A stretch of DNA of 64,000 bases, from assembly GCA_002269645.1 (NCBI GenBank), contig NIVC01000019.1:1364001-1428000 (forward strand). Reading direction: 5' to 3'. The notes under the pieces are model-generated. The model worked only from the letters and a program-made list of their open reading frames with translations. It was not told the DNA's origin and ran no database searches. This DNA is from Macrostomum lignano. Lineage: Eukaryota. This document shows positions 38,045-50,189 of this stretch, piece after piece. How positions within the stretch are numbered: position 1 is the stretch's first letter; each line of letters starts with the position of its first letter. Made by a program: the position numbers and the translations under genes.

Positions 38045-38310
38045 ATTAGGGCCTTTTCATATTACCAATTCCAGAACCAGAATCGGTTCGGAATTCCAAG
38101 AAAAACAGCAGTATAACTATTAAACTCTGTTAATATTTGACTGCCTTAACAACCTAACTTAGCACAATTTTTCACTTTCTTCTTGGCGATTGTCATTCAA
38201 TAATAAAAACTTTATAGCACGTATCTCCCTCTAGTTATGGAGACAAAAAGTTATACTTCACAAATTGGTTCTGGTTCTGGAACCAGAGCAAGCAATATGA
38301 AAAGCCCATT
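38045..38310. mobile_element. Small MITE-like element with inverted termini GGGC(C)TTTTCATATT
   Basis: GGGCCTTTTCATATTACCAATTCCAGAACCAGAA versus TTCTGGTTCTGGAACC...AATATGAAAAGCCC. Confidence 0.5.
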
Positions 38311-38449
38311 AGTCAGTTTAGTCAATAAATGGCAATACCTATATGAGCAGGAAATTAGTTTGCACATTGGCTCAGCTGCAGGGGCTCCGGGCACCCGGAT
38401 ACAGCAGGTATGCATTGACGCCCATTCCGCTAAGCCCTGGCGACCACGG

Positions 38450-39030
38450 TCAACTGGTGCTGCGATGTCGGACAGGGAGATCCGGTGGTGCCGGTGTGCA
38501 CAGCGCGGTGCCTCTCCGGAGAGTCTGGGAGGTGGTTGGTCGCTCGCCCGATAGCCTTTAGGTAGCGGACGAGCTGACAGAAATTCTTGGGCCCGAAAAC
38601 TTCGGAAAGGTCCCGGTTTGGGCCGAAGTAGGCGAGCGTATTTTAAGTAAAGGCATATTTACGTTCACATTCACATATGAAATGCTCCACATTCTCACAC
38701 CGGAGAGGCAGAAAGGGCATTTCCTAACTACGGATTTCCCCTGGAGGCAGCGATGACTGGCGAAACGGCCCGAGAGGGCCATGGTGTCCTGATGCCCTGA
38801 TTTCCCTGCGGTTGAATCCAAGCAGGGCCCTATGGAAGGCGGGGAAAGGACAGGGGACAGCCGCGCGCGGGATTGCCGACAGTCGGGGCGTTTGCCCACC
38901 TCTCCCTGTGCTTTGAAGCCACCACTGGTCCCGGTCGAACTAGTAAGACCATGCAATCGGCTAACTCGTTTGTCGGATGGCCAGAGTGCCCGGCGATTCA
39001 CTTTCCAGTTTGCACCTTTCAATATTTGTA
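38450..39030 (-). mobile_element. 3' fragment of a non-LTR retrotransposon ORF2 (CCHC knuckle), frameshifted
   Basis: Across frames: ALLGFNRREIR / FASHRCLQG...KCPFCL / ENVEHFICEC / LVRYLKAIG. Confidence 0.7.
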
Positions 39031-39639
39031 TACGCTCATATTTATTCTATGGCCTGGCAAATCAATAATTCACAAAAAAGTGCGCATTGTCAAAGTAGCG
39101 TCATAAAGATTCTAGAGAACCACAGACGGTCAGCAGTAAAAATTGCATTGCAACTGAGTCAGTGTTTCAGCAAGCGGCCTCGGTCCTTTATAATGCAAGC
39201 TCCATTGCAGTGCGTGATTAAAAAATTCTCAACCAACAGCTTGGCAGGATTTCTCCCGTGTCTGTCTGCCTCAATGTGCCTCTGCCGTTATCCAGGCACC
39301 TGAGCAAGAGCACAGTCTATTCAATACATGTATGTCATAAGTAAATTGTACTCTTTATCCGCTTCATGCAGCGTGATGAATCATGTTTCTACATTCAATG
39401 AAAAAATAGATTGAAAAGATTTTTCCATTAGCTAATTTGTACCTTTTGGTAATGACGCCCTGTGTAATCACTTTTATGAGTCACGCCTACGCTCAGTGAG
39501 TTGCTTGCGCTTTTTTAAGCCTGCCTGTCTGCTGCTTGAAGCTGATACTGAGACGGCTTTTTAAAATGGGTAGGGTTGAAAAATGCACCGGAACACTAAC
39601 AGCCAAGGATTTCTAAAGATCTGGATTTTTTACCCCGCC

Positions 39640-39950
39640 AGTAGTCGGCAGGTTCGCAGGGGGAGGCATCGACGACCCTCATCCGGCCGGTATCTCTGAT
39701 GAAGGCGCAAAGATCACGGATGTTGTCCGGGGTGGTCAGTTCTTCCATCCGCCTGGGGTTGCCGAGCTGTTTGTGCCGCGCACAAATATTTCTATATTTG
39801 TATTGAAATAAGGGCAGAAGGTGACAGGGCAACCGGTTTGCAACGAGGTGTCTCTGGAAGAATCCATGGCCGGTTAAGGCCATGCACATCTCCCTGGACT
39901 CACTTAGACCCTTAATTGCAGCATCCACGTTTCTTCTGTTTAAAATATTC
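39640..39950 (-). mobile_element. Second 3' LINE fragment (R1/LOA/I-like C-terminus), degenerate
   Basis: MCMALTGHGFFQRHL ... DLCAFIRDTG. Confidence 0.7.
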
Positions 39951-40719
39951 TGCACTCCCGGTAAAAATGAAGAAAAAATGGACAAAAGGTCTAATTTTAA
40001 GGTCCTTACTGACGAGATTGCTGCGAAACAATATATTACCGACGTCATTACGAGCTATAAAGTGCCCTTGCAAAGTGGTTCACTATCGACCCCAACTCGC
40101 GATGAGTCAGTAAGGGTGCTGGCTCTGACTTTTGTGCTCATTTAGAGTTTCGTTGGTTTAAAGACAGACTTTGTGAGATTTAGCTGTGCTTCAGTTCAAT
40201 TGAGAACAGCTGCTATTAATAAAATATTAAAGCACTGTTTCAATATGAAACCCCAGTCTGGGAAAAATTTATCTGCTAAAATCCTCACCCAGTTTCCCTT
40301 GGCCTAAAGGGAGACGGAATATTTCGCTGTATTTTTATGGCTCATCGGCAATATATATTCTCTTTTGCGTTTGCAAGCGTCGATAATTTATGCAGCCCCG
40401 CTCATGGCTGCGCAGCCTGTGTGCCTATTATTACTATTAGATATATCGCAAATCCGGGCGACTGAAATCCACCCAGCTTAGATATTAATCCCCCTGCTAG
40501 ATTCCCATTCCTACATTCTCGAGTCCCATTGCTAGGATCTGCGAGTGAACACTATGCACTGAATTCCGTGCGTCAATTCGATTGGTTCAACTGTGCTTCT
40601 CTAACTCTACTAGTGTCGGAGAATAATATCTTCTGTAGATCCGAAATCTCTTCTAGGAATTTAGCGTACATTGGCCGCCTTAAACCTCCTATTTGCATCA
40701 TTGAGAACTTATTACGGTT

Positions 40720-41075
40720 CAAATCCACAATGTCCACCTATCAGACCCGGAATGTCACTCCCTTCAGAGCCAAAATGTCCATCTATCAGACCCGCAAAGT
40801 CACTCCATTCAGAGCCACAATGTCCACCTAATGTCACTCTCTTCAAATCCACAATGTTCACCTATCAGACCCGGGATGTCACTCGGTCCGAATCCATAAT
40901 GTCCACCTATGAAACCCGGAATGTCGCTCCTTTCAAATCCACAATGTCCATCTATCCGACCCGCAATGTCACTCCATTCAGAGGCAAAATGTCCACCTAG
41001 TGTCACTCACCTTCAGAGGCACAATGTCCACCTAGTGTCACTCCCTTCAGAGCCACAATGTCCACCTATCAGGCC
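40720..41075. repeat. Degenerate about 45-bp minisatellite, core CACAATGTCCACCTA...TGTCACTC
   Basis: Read directly. Confidence 0.85.
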
Positions 41076-41492
41076 CGAATTAGCAGCTTTTCAAACCTCG
41101 AGAACAACTCATTCCAGAACTTTCAAAGCAGACTTCTAGTGTCAGGCTCTAGAGAAGGCTATGTGAGCAGTTAGTTGGTGGGTTTATTCAACCCTTAGGC
41201 TCTAATCTTCTTGCTTTCACTTTCACCCAATTGCGGCACAGTTAGTTGAACTGGCTGGCTTGGTAACTACTTGAAACTGCCACAGAGCTGGGGATCGGGT
41301 CGGCTCATTTCGAATGGAAACTTTCTCGCTAAGAGCGGGTCAACCGCTGCCGGCGTGTGTGGGGGTGATAATGGAGAGTGATCGGACAGTGGGGTGGCTG
41401 TCTACTGGTCTACTCGTGCTTCCAATGGGTGTACTGAAATTCTGTGTACACTCGAATCGGATTCTCATACGATACCCCCCTCTCCCTCCCTC

Positions 41493-41537
<45 letters not shown>

Positions 41538-42134
41538 TTCTCGCCCTCTTTCTCAGCAGCTAAAACGCGAATTAAGCTCTGCCAGTGTGGGGCTGCCGGG
41601 TTGCTCCGATCTAGAAGAGGAAAATAGCGAGGAGGAGAGAGTAAATTTAATCTCAAGTATCCTCTGCTTTGGACTCGCGTGTGCGCCAGCGCGTCTCTCC
41701 TGTTCTTGCTGCTGTCTGTCTTCTAGGAGAGCCTGGCAGGACGTTGGGCTAAAAAGATCCTTTCTTCTCTCACTTCTCTCTCAGTCTAACTTTCTCTCTT
41801 AGCGTCTCCGTCTCCCTTCTCTCGCATCACTTGATCAGCTTGGCAGCTACTCGACACGAGCTGGCCCCTCGTTTGCTCTCCATCCATCTCGAGCTTATGC
41901 GTGTACTCTTTATCGGGCCAAAAATTTTAAACCTCTTTTATTCGAAAAAAAACCACCTATGATACTTTTTTGCGATGCTATAAAAAATGAGGACACACTA
42001 AATTCCTACTGTAATATACAGTTGGCTCATATATCCTTGATGTGAAATTTTATTAACTGTTAGAGGATCTCATTCGTAAAACGTAGCTTAAATTTTGGTA
42101 GGAGTGCCCCGGTAGAACAAGAAAACCTCTTAGT

Positions 42135-42925
42135 GTCTTAGGGTGTCTGGAGTGTCAGTCTTAGGGTATCGCTTAGGGTATCGGAAGTGTCTGTCTTAGG
42201 GTATCGGTAGTGTCTGTCTTAGGTGTCGGTAGTGTCTGTCTTAGGGTGTTGGTAGTGTCTGTCTTAGGGTGTTAGTAGTGTCTGTCTTAGGGTGTTAGTA
42301 GTGTCTGTCTTAGGGTGTTAGTAGTGTCTGTCTTAGGTGTCGGTAGTGTCTGTCTTAGGTGTCGGTAGTGTCTGTCTTAGGGTGTTAGTAGTGTCTGTCT
42401 TAGGGTGTTAGTAGTGTCTGTCTTAGGTGTCGGTAGTGTCTGTCTTAGGTGTCGGTAGTGTCTGTCTTAGGGTGTTGGTAGTGTCTGTCTTAGGGTGTTA
42501 GTAGTGTCTGTCTTAGGGTGTTAGTAGTGTCTGTCTTAGGGTGTTAGTAGTGTCTGTCTTAGGGTGTTAGTAGTGTCTGTCTTAGGGTGTTAGTAGTGTC
42601 TGTCTTAGGGTGTTAGTAGTGTCTGTCTTAGGGTGTTAGTAGTGTCTGTCTTAGGGTGTTAGTAGTGTCTGTCTTAGGGTGTTAAAAGTCTGCCTTAGGG
42701 TGTTGGTAGTTTCTGTCTTAGGGTATCGGAAGTGTCTGTCTTAGGGTGTTAGTAGTGTCTGTCTTAGGGTATCGGAAGTGTCTGTCTTAGGGTATCGGAA
42801 GTGTCTGTCTTAGGGTGTTGGTAGTTTCTGTCTTAGAGTATCGGAAGTGTCTGTCTTAGGGTGTCGGTAGTGTCTGTCTTAGGGTGTTAGTAGTGTCTGC
42901 CTTAGGGTGTTGGAAGTGTCTTTCT
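42135..42925. repeat. 22-23-bp minisatellite (TAGTGTCTGTCTTAGGGTGTT(G/A)G)n
   Basis: Read directly; most units contain TTAGGG. Confidence 0.95.
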
Positions 42926-43090
42926 TGGTATGCCATGAAATTTAAATACCGGTATTTTCAACTCCCATTGTCCAATGCTAATTGTCTCCTTCCGCAAATG
43001 CATCCCCGTGTGGTTCTTTAGTGTATCGAAGGATGCTGGCAAGTTAGGAGCAATTTAACATCAATTCAGCCCCCGTTATCCACTTTGTAG

Positions 43091-43299
43091 ATGGACGTCA
43101 GCGCCAAGCTGAGCAAAGTGTTGAAGAGCATCGAAGTGCAGGACACGGGTGTGTACGTGCAAGCCAGCACGCTGGGCTCCCTGGAGGCTCTGCTGTTGTT
43201 TCTGCGTACGGAGAAGATACCCTACTGCGGCATCAACATCGGCCCGGTGCACAAGCGCGACGTCACTAAGTGCAGCATCATGCTGGAGAAGGATCCACA
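43091..43299 (+). CDS. EIF5B: eIF5B exon 4
   Basis: tag|MDVSAKL...GVYVQASTLGSLEALLLFL...GPVHKRDV...KDP CA|gtgagg; phase 2. Confidence 0.96.
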
Positions 43300-43319
43300 G
43301 TGAGGCGCTGTCTGGGGGT

Positions 43320-44350
43320 TTAGGGATTGCTAATCTAGCCCACAGGGATGCAGGAATAGAATGGATTGCTAATCTAGCCCACAAGGATGCAGGAATAGAA
43401 TGGATTGCTAATCTAGTCCACAAGGATGCAGGAATAGAATGGATTGCTAATCTAGCCCACAAGGATGCAGGAATAGAATGGGTTGCTAATCTAGCCCACA
43501 AGGATACAGGAATAGAGTGGATTGCTAATCTAGTCCACAAGGATGCAGGAATAGAATGGATTGCTAATCTAGCCCACAAGGATGCAGGAATAGAACGGAT
43601 TGCTATCTAGCCTAATCAAATGAAGGAATAGAATGGATTGCTAATCTAGCCCATGCAGATACAGGAATAGAGTGGATTGCTAATCTAGCCCACAAGGATG
43701 CAGGAATAGAATGGGTTGCTAATCTAGCCCACAAGGATGCAGGAATAGAATGGATTGCTAATCTAGCCCACAAGGATGCAGGAATAGAACGGATTGCTAT
43801 CTAGCCTATTCAAATGAAGGAATAGAATGGATTGCTAATCTAGCCCATTTAAATGCAGGAATAGAATGGATTGCTAATATAGCCCATTCAAATGCAGGAA
43901 TAACTGGATTGCTAATCTAGCCCACAAGGATGAAGGAATAGAATGGGTTGCTAATCTAGCCCATTTAAATGCAGGAATAGAATGGATTGCTAATCTAGCC
44001 CACAAGGATGCAGGAATAACTGGATTGCTAATCTAGCCCACAAGGATGAAGGAATAGAATGGGTTGCTAATCTAGCCCACAAGGATGCAGGAATAGAATG
44101 GATTGCTAATCTAGCCTATTTAAATGCAGGAATAGAACGGATTGCTAATCTAGCCCACAAGGATGCAGGAATAGAATGGATTGCTAATCTAGCCCATTCA
44201 AATGCAGGAATAACTGGATTGCTAATCTAGCCCACAAGGATGAAGGAATAGAATGGATTGCTAATCTAGCCCATTTAAATGCAGGAATAGAACGGATTGC
44301 TAATCTAGCCCACAAGGATGAAGGAATAGAATGGATTGCTAATCTAGCCA
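43320..44350. repeat. 39-bp minisatellite (GATTGCTAATCTAGCCCACAAGGATGCAGGAATAGAATG)n filling eIF5B intron 4
   Basis: Read directly. Confidence 0.95.
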
Positions 44351-44438
44351 ATGAGGATATAGATTATTTAGGGTAGGATAACTTTGTACTCTAACTTATG
44401 CAGGTGAAACCAATCGTTAACCCCGAATTCCCCTCCAG

Positions 44439-44790
44439 GTGGGCGGTCATTCTGGCCTTCGACGTGAAGGTGGAGCGCGAGGCGCAGGAGCTGGCGGACA
44501 GTCACGGCGTGAAGATTTTCACTGCCGACATCATCTACCACCTGAGCGACGCGTTCATCAAATGGCGAGACGATCGAATCAAAGCGGAACGGGAGAAGTT
44601 CAAAGACATCGCCGTGTTCCCCTGCAAGCTGCGCGTCCTGCCGCAGTTCATCTTCAACAGCCGGGACCCAATCGTGTGCGGCGTCATTGTTGAGGCCGGC
44701 ATTCTCAAGGTGGGCACGCCGATCTCGGTGCCTAGCAAGGAGTCCGTGTACCTCGGCCGGGTCGAGTCGCTCGAGCTCAATCATAAAAAG
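44439..44790 (+). CDS. EIF5B: eIF5B exon 5
   Basis: cag|G TGG = (Q)WAVILAFDVKVERE...IFTADIIYHL...AVFPCKLRVLPQFIFNSRDPIVCGV...NHKK|gtgact. Confidence 0.96.
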
Positions 44791-44839
44791 GTGACTTATT
44801 GCATTTTTTATGTCCTGGTGTCTATTTTTTTGTCTTTCT

Positions 44840-45365
44840 TAGCGTGTCTTAGTGTCTGTCTCAGCTTCTGTCTCAGTGTCCGTCTCAGTTTCCGTCTTAG
44901 CGTCTGTCTTAGTGTCGGTCTCAGTGACTGTCTTAGTGTCGGTCTCAGTGACTGTCTTAGTGTCGGTCTCAGTGTCTGTCTCAGTGACTGTCTTAGTGTC
45001 TGCCTTAGTGTCTGTCTCAGTGACTGTCTCAGTGTCTGCCTTAGTGTCTGTCTCAGTGACTGTCTTAGTGTCTGTCTTAGTGTCTGTCTCAGTGACTGTC
45101 TCAGTGACTGCCTTAGTGTCTGTCTCAGTGTCTGTCTCAGTGACTGTCTTAGTGTCTGTCTTAGCGTCTGTCTTAGTGTCGGTCTCAGTGACTGTCTTAG
45201 TGTCGGTCTCAGTGACTGTCTTAGTGTCGGTCTCAGTGACTGTCTTAGTGTCGGTCTCAGTGACTGTCTTAGTGTCGGTCTCAGTGACTGTCTTAGTGTC
45301 GGTCTCAGTGACTGTCTTAGTGTCTGCCTCAGTGTCTGTCGCAGTGTCTGTCTTAGCGTCTTTCT
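44840..45365. repeat. 12/24-bp minisatellite (TAGTGTCGGTCTCAGTGACTGTCT)n filling eIF5B intron 5
   Basis: Read directly. Confidence 0.93.
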
Positions 45366-45548
45366 TGGTGTCTTTCTTAACGTGTCCAAATTGTATTCTG
45401 AATGATCCAGTGTACTCTAACTTTGTAGGCTCTTCTGCTCTGATTGCTATTGCTGAGCAGTTCTAAGTACTCGTAACAAAGCGGTTTAGCTCCTTTAATT
45501 GAAAATTCATGCTTTATAAAGTCCTTTACACTACATATCGGCAAACAG

Positions 45549-45770
45549 GTGGAAGAGGCCCGCCGAGGCGCCGAGCTGTGCATTAAAATCGCCGCACCGC
45601 CTGGCGACGCGCCGAAGATGTACGGCCGGCACTTCGACCACAACGACCTGCTGATGAGCCGGGTCAGCCGAGAGAGCATCGACGCTCTCAAGCAGTACTT
45701 CCGCGACGATCTCGGCAAGGAGGACTGGAAACTGGTCATCGAGCTAAAGAAAGCCTTCAATGTTTATTGA
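45549..45770 (+). CDS. EIF5B: eIF5B exon 6 (last)
   Basis: cag|VEEARRGAELCIKI...MYGRHFD...SRVSRESIDALKQYFRDDL...LKKAFNVY*; AATAAA at 45859-45864. Confidence 0.96.
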   Translation: MEEARRGAELCIKIAAPPGDAPKMYGRHFDHNDLLMSRVSRESIDALKQYFRDDLGKEDWKLVIELKKAFNVY

Positions 45771-45919
45771 GAGACTCCCCCCTGACTATGCGGTCTTTCT
45801 CTGGCGCCTGTTCTCCGTCTATGGCACACTTTTCTCTCGTGAACTTTTTGGGGTGCTTAATAAATAATTCCTGAAAAATGCTAAGATTTAGATTCCCATC
45901 CTTGAGCTTGGAAAATCAG

Positions 45920-46430
45920 TACTGCTGCACCCTCATCCCTGATCCTTCAGCGGGCCACCACTGCACCCTCCGTGATCCTTCAGCGGGCCACCACTGCACC
46001 CTCCGTGATCCTTCAGCGGGCCACCGCTGCACCCTCCCTGATCCTTCAGCGGGCCACCACTGCACCCTCCCTGATCCTTCAGCGGGCCACCACTGCACCC
46101 TCCCTGATCCTTCAGCGGGCCACCGCTGCACCCTCCCTGATCCTTCAGCGGGCCACCACTGCACCCTCCTTGATCCTTCAGCGGGCCACCGCTGCACCCT
46201 CCTTGATCCTTCAGCGGGCCACCGCTGCACCCTCATCCCTGATCCTTCAGCGGGCCACCGCTGCACCCTCATCCCTGATCCTTCAGCGGGCCACCGCTGC
46301 ACCCTCCTTGATCCTTCAGCGGGCCACCGCTGCACCCTCCTTGATCCTTCAGCGGGCCACTGCTGCACCCTCCCTGATCCTTCAGCGGGCCACCGCTGCA
46401 CCCTCCCTGATCCTTCAGCGAGCCTTCAGC
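45920..46430. repeat. 33/36-bp minisatellite (CTGCACCCTCCCTGATCCTTCAGCGGGCCACCA)n
   Basis: Read directly. Confidence 0.95.
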
Positions 46431-47348
46431 TACCCCACAGCTCCAGTCTGGTGAACCTGGATATATAATAATCTTAGTTCGGCTTGAAGCCATCTAATTT
46501 GTCTGTTGGTTTCTCTAAAAACCTACCAGATTAATTTCTGACCCATAAAATTTATGTTAGTTAGGATTCGCCTAGAAAAGAACAGTTGTTTTGTTGATCA
46601 ATACCCCTCCCTAATCCATGTTGTCGGGCAGTTGACACACAGTTGATGCATTACTTAAATTGTAAACTCTGGATACTTAATATAATATTAGTAAATTGTT
46701 ACGGCATATAGTAGTTTAACGCTGTGGATTCCACTGACTGATGATCGCTATTTTTTCCTGTTGCCGTAGATCTTCTAAGGAGATGATTTTAAGTAAGCTT
46801 CAGAAATTTCGAGTCCTGCTATTGTAGGCCTCACTAATGTTGTATCATTCGTTGCTGTCGTAAAAAGAAAAAAATATTGTCTTTAATTTTTTGTGTTTTT
46901 TTGTTTAGTTGTTGTTTCTCAATTGAGCGATTCAGCATTTTCTGTTGCCCTACGCATTGCAGTGCAGGCTATTGTGGGAGCTCCTGTACGGTATGCACTA
47001 CTTGTCTGAACCTTGGTCGTTTAAAGTAGCGTGTATAGCGCATTGAAATTATAATTCAGTAAAAATAATTATTATAATAATAATATTTTAAATAATTTTT
47101 TGTCAGCTTCTTCCTCTGTTCCCGAACCTCCCATGAATGCGAGTTGATTGTGGTTGAGAAAACAAAATCCCTTGATGCTGCATTGTAACAGACAGATATA
47201 AACGAGTGCTTGATTTCACTGTGCGAGTTTCGAAATACCAGCGCTTCTGACTTTTTATTTATTACAAATTTTATTTAGAATGTTCACAGTATTTACACTA
47301 CTTTTTAGTATCAGTAGTAGCTAGAAGTAAATTTTCGACTTTCTTATT

Positions 47349-47481
47349 TTACTTATCTTCCCCAAGTGCGGCGGCAAATTCTTCGTAGTCAATCATGCCG
47401 TCTGCGTCCATGTCGGCCGCCTGGATCATCTCGTCCGCCTCCTCCGGGGTCATCTTGTCGCCGCGGGTGGTCAGTATGCGA
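47349..47481 (-). CDS. Calmodulin-like EF-hand protein, exon 3 (last)
   Basis: gccag|T CGC = (R)RILTTRGDKMTPEEADEMIQAADMDADGMIDYEEFAAALGEDK*. Confidence 0.93.
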
Positions 47482-47514
47482 CTGGCAGGGTCGGGGTGCT
47501 TGCTGTTGATCATT

Positions 47515-48090
47515 ACTGTCACCCTCCCTGACTGATTCTCAGGCCATGCTGTCACCCTCCCTGACTGATTCTCAGGCCAAGCTGTCACCCTCCCTGACTG
47601 ATTCCCAGGCCATGCTGTCACCCTCCCTGACTGATTCCCAGGCCATGCTGTCACTCTCCCTGACTGATTCTCAGGCCATGCTGTCACCCTCCCTGACTGA
47701 TTCTCAGGCCATGCTGTCACCCTCATTGACTGATTCTCAGGCCATGCTGTCACCCTCCCTGACTGATTCTCAGGCCATGCTGTCACCCTCCCTGACTTAT
47801 TCTTAGGTCATGCTGTCATCCTCCCTGACTGATTCTTAGGTCATGCTGTCACCCTCCCTGACTGATTCTTAGGTCATGCTGTCACTCTCCCTGACTGATT
47901 CTCAGGCCATGCTGCCACCCTCCCTGACTGATTCTCAGGCCATGCTGTCACAATGCCACCCTCCCTGACTGATTCTCAGGCCATGCTGTCACAATGCCAC
48001 CCTCCCTCACTGATTCTCAGGCCATGCTGTCACAATGCCACCCTCCCTGACGGATTCTCAGTCCAGACTGCCACAATGCCACCCTCCCTG
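47515..48090. repeat. 33-bp minisatellite (TGTCACCCTCCCTGACTGATTCTCAGGCCATGC)n filling intron 2 of the calmodulin-like gene
   Basis: Read directly. Confidence 0.94.
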
Positions 48091-48122
48091 ATTCCCTGGC
48101 CCCGAGGCCACGAGCCACTCAC

Positions 48123-48264
48123 CGCAGCTCGTCAGAGGTGATGTAACCCCGTTTCTCCAAGTCGAACACCATAAAAGCGCTTTTAATCTCCTCTTTCGTC
48201 ACCGGTTTGTTCACGTGATTCACCATTAGCGACACGAACTCGGGAAAATCGATGGTGCCGCTTC
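48123..48264 (-). CDS. Calmodulin-like EF-hand protein, exon 2 (not in the ORF track)
   Basis: cgtag|GA AGC = (G)SGTIDFPEFVSLM...EIKSAFMVFDLEKRGYITSDEL CG|gtgag; phases 1/2 fit both neighbouring exons. Confidence 0.93.
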
Positions 48265-49624
48265 CTACGGAAAGTCGGTGTCAATTTTTAGAGCTATAAT
48301 ATATTTTTGTTCAAACGTGACGCACTTGTTTCTTTTTAAAAAACGTCTAACTTTCTACGAATAAAAAATCTGATATCTTCCCCGTTTTTGCACGTTGCCA
48401 TGCCGGCTGTGCAGCTTGTGGGAGATAATGGGAGTTGAAGAAAAACGCGCGACACCAGGATTTGAATGGTCGACTGTTGGTTATCTCTAGAGGGTGCAGC
48501 TATTACTCTGCAGCATGGCCGGGCACTGCAGTAGGTTTTGCTAGGATTAGGATTAGGATTAAGCCAAGGTATTCTGACTCCCCTCTTGCCGTGGAAGCTG
48601 GAAGCCAGCTCAGCAACCTGGCCGTAAGCCATACTGAAAGTTGAGCATATAAGTTTGCACTAAAACTGCCATACAGGGACGGCTAGTTCGTCACTAAAAC
48701 CTGTCCGTCTGTCTGTCAACTCATCTCGCATTTCATTCATTTCCAGGCTTTGTATAGATGGAGAGAGTCAGGCTCTTTAGGTTTGGACGTCCCCTCCCAG
48801 TCTCTCCTACGCGTAATTCGATATCTTTCACCAGGGGGAGGGGGCGTGGGTTCTGCTTGATCTTCTTCTCCCATCTAACTTTTCTCTCTGTGACGCGCAG
48901 TCACAAATCACTTTTTTCTGTATGCTTGATCTTGCCCTCTCCTGCGCCCTATTATGAATCACAAAGGCTTGCGCTGGTTTATTAGCCTCAAGATTTGGTG
49001 CCAACACATTAATAGAGACGGAATTAGCAATAAAAGGATACAATCTTTCAACATTGACGAGTTCTTTGCTTTTGGCTTGCCTCAAACACGCGTCAAGAGT
49101 CTCAAATTGCTGGCTGAACTCTGCTTATGCTTTCTTTGAGTTTGGGTTCCCCCCCCCCCAAAATACCGGTGTTAACTTGCAATTATTAGACACTATAGTT
49201 CAGCCTGGAGGACCTCTGCTTACTTGGACCGGAAGCGGACCGGCACCAATTTTAACACCTGCCGAGGCCAGCTAAAAGTCCCAATTATTGACAGGGTAGA
49301 TAAGCATAAGAATTTATAGAGCACCCGTTCAGATTGGAAAATTTCAAAATAGTGCAACACCGATAAATAATCTGCAGAAGCTCAGATTCAAAGTCTCTGA
49401 TGCTTTAGACAATCTTCGAGCAATTTACTTGTTGAAATTGATTAGTAATATATGCAGGTGCTTTATTGCTTAATCTGCCTTCTTATCCTATTTCTGTAAT
49501 GTAAAGTAGGAGTTAAAAATGTTTTTTTGATAATTAAAACACCTAACGATGCACAATTTCTTTGCTTTGATGTCTCAAAATTTTAGAAATCGGTGCTGTG
49601 TCACTAAAGTGTCTCCGAAAATAA

Positions 49625-50120
49625 ATGCTCTTTAGTGTCTTTGCTTGGAGTCGGGAATGCTACTGGAGTGCTCTTTAGTGTCTTTGCTTGGAGTCGGGAA
49701 TGCTACTGGAGTGCTCTTTAGTGTCTTTGCTTGGAGTCGGGAATGCAACTGGAGTGCTTCTCAGTGACCTCTTGTTAGAATCGGGAATGCAACTGGAGTG
49801 CTCCTCAGTGACCTCTTGTTGGAATCGGGAATGCAACTGGAGTGCTCCTCAGTGTCCTTGTTAGAATCGGGAATGCAACTGGAGTGCTCCTCAGTGACCT
49901 CTCGTTTGAATCGGGAATGCAACTGGAGTGCTCTTCAGTGATCTCTTGTTGGAGTCGGGAATGCAACTGGAGTGCTCCTCAGTGACCTCTTGTTGGAATC
50001 GGGAATGCATCTGGAGTGCTCCTCAGTGATCTCTTGTTGGAGTCAGGAATGCAACTGGAGTGCTCCTCAGTGATCTCTTGTTGGAGTCGGGAATGCAACT
50101 GGAGTGCTCCTCAGTGACCC
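49625..50120. repeat. About 45-47-bp minisatellite, core TCGGGAATGCAACTGGAGTGCTCCTCAGTGACC
   Basis: Read directly. Confidence 0.92.
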
Positions 50121-50189
50121 TCATTGGAGTACTGGATTTTCATAATTTGCCACGGATTAGCTACTTTGGCCCCATCTCTCAAGTCTCAC

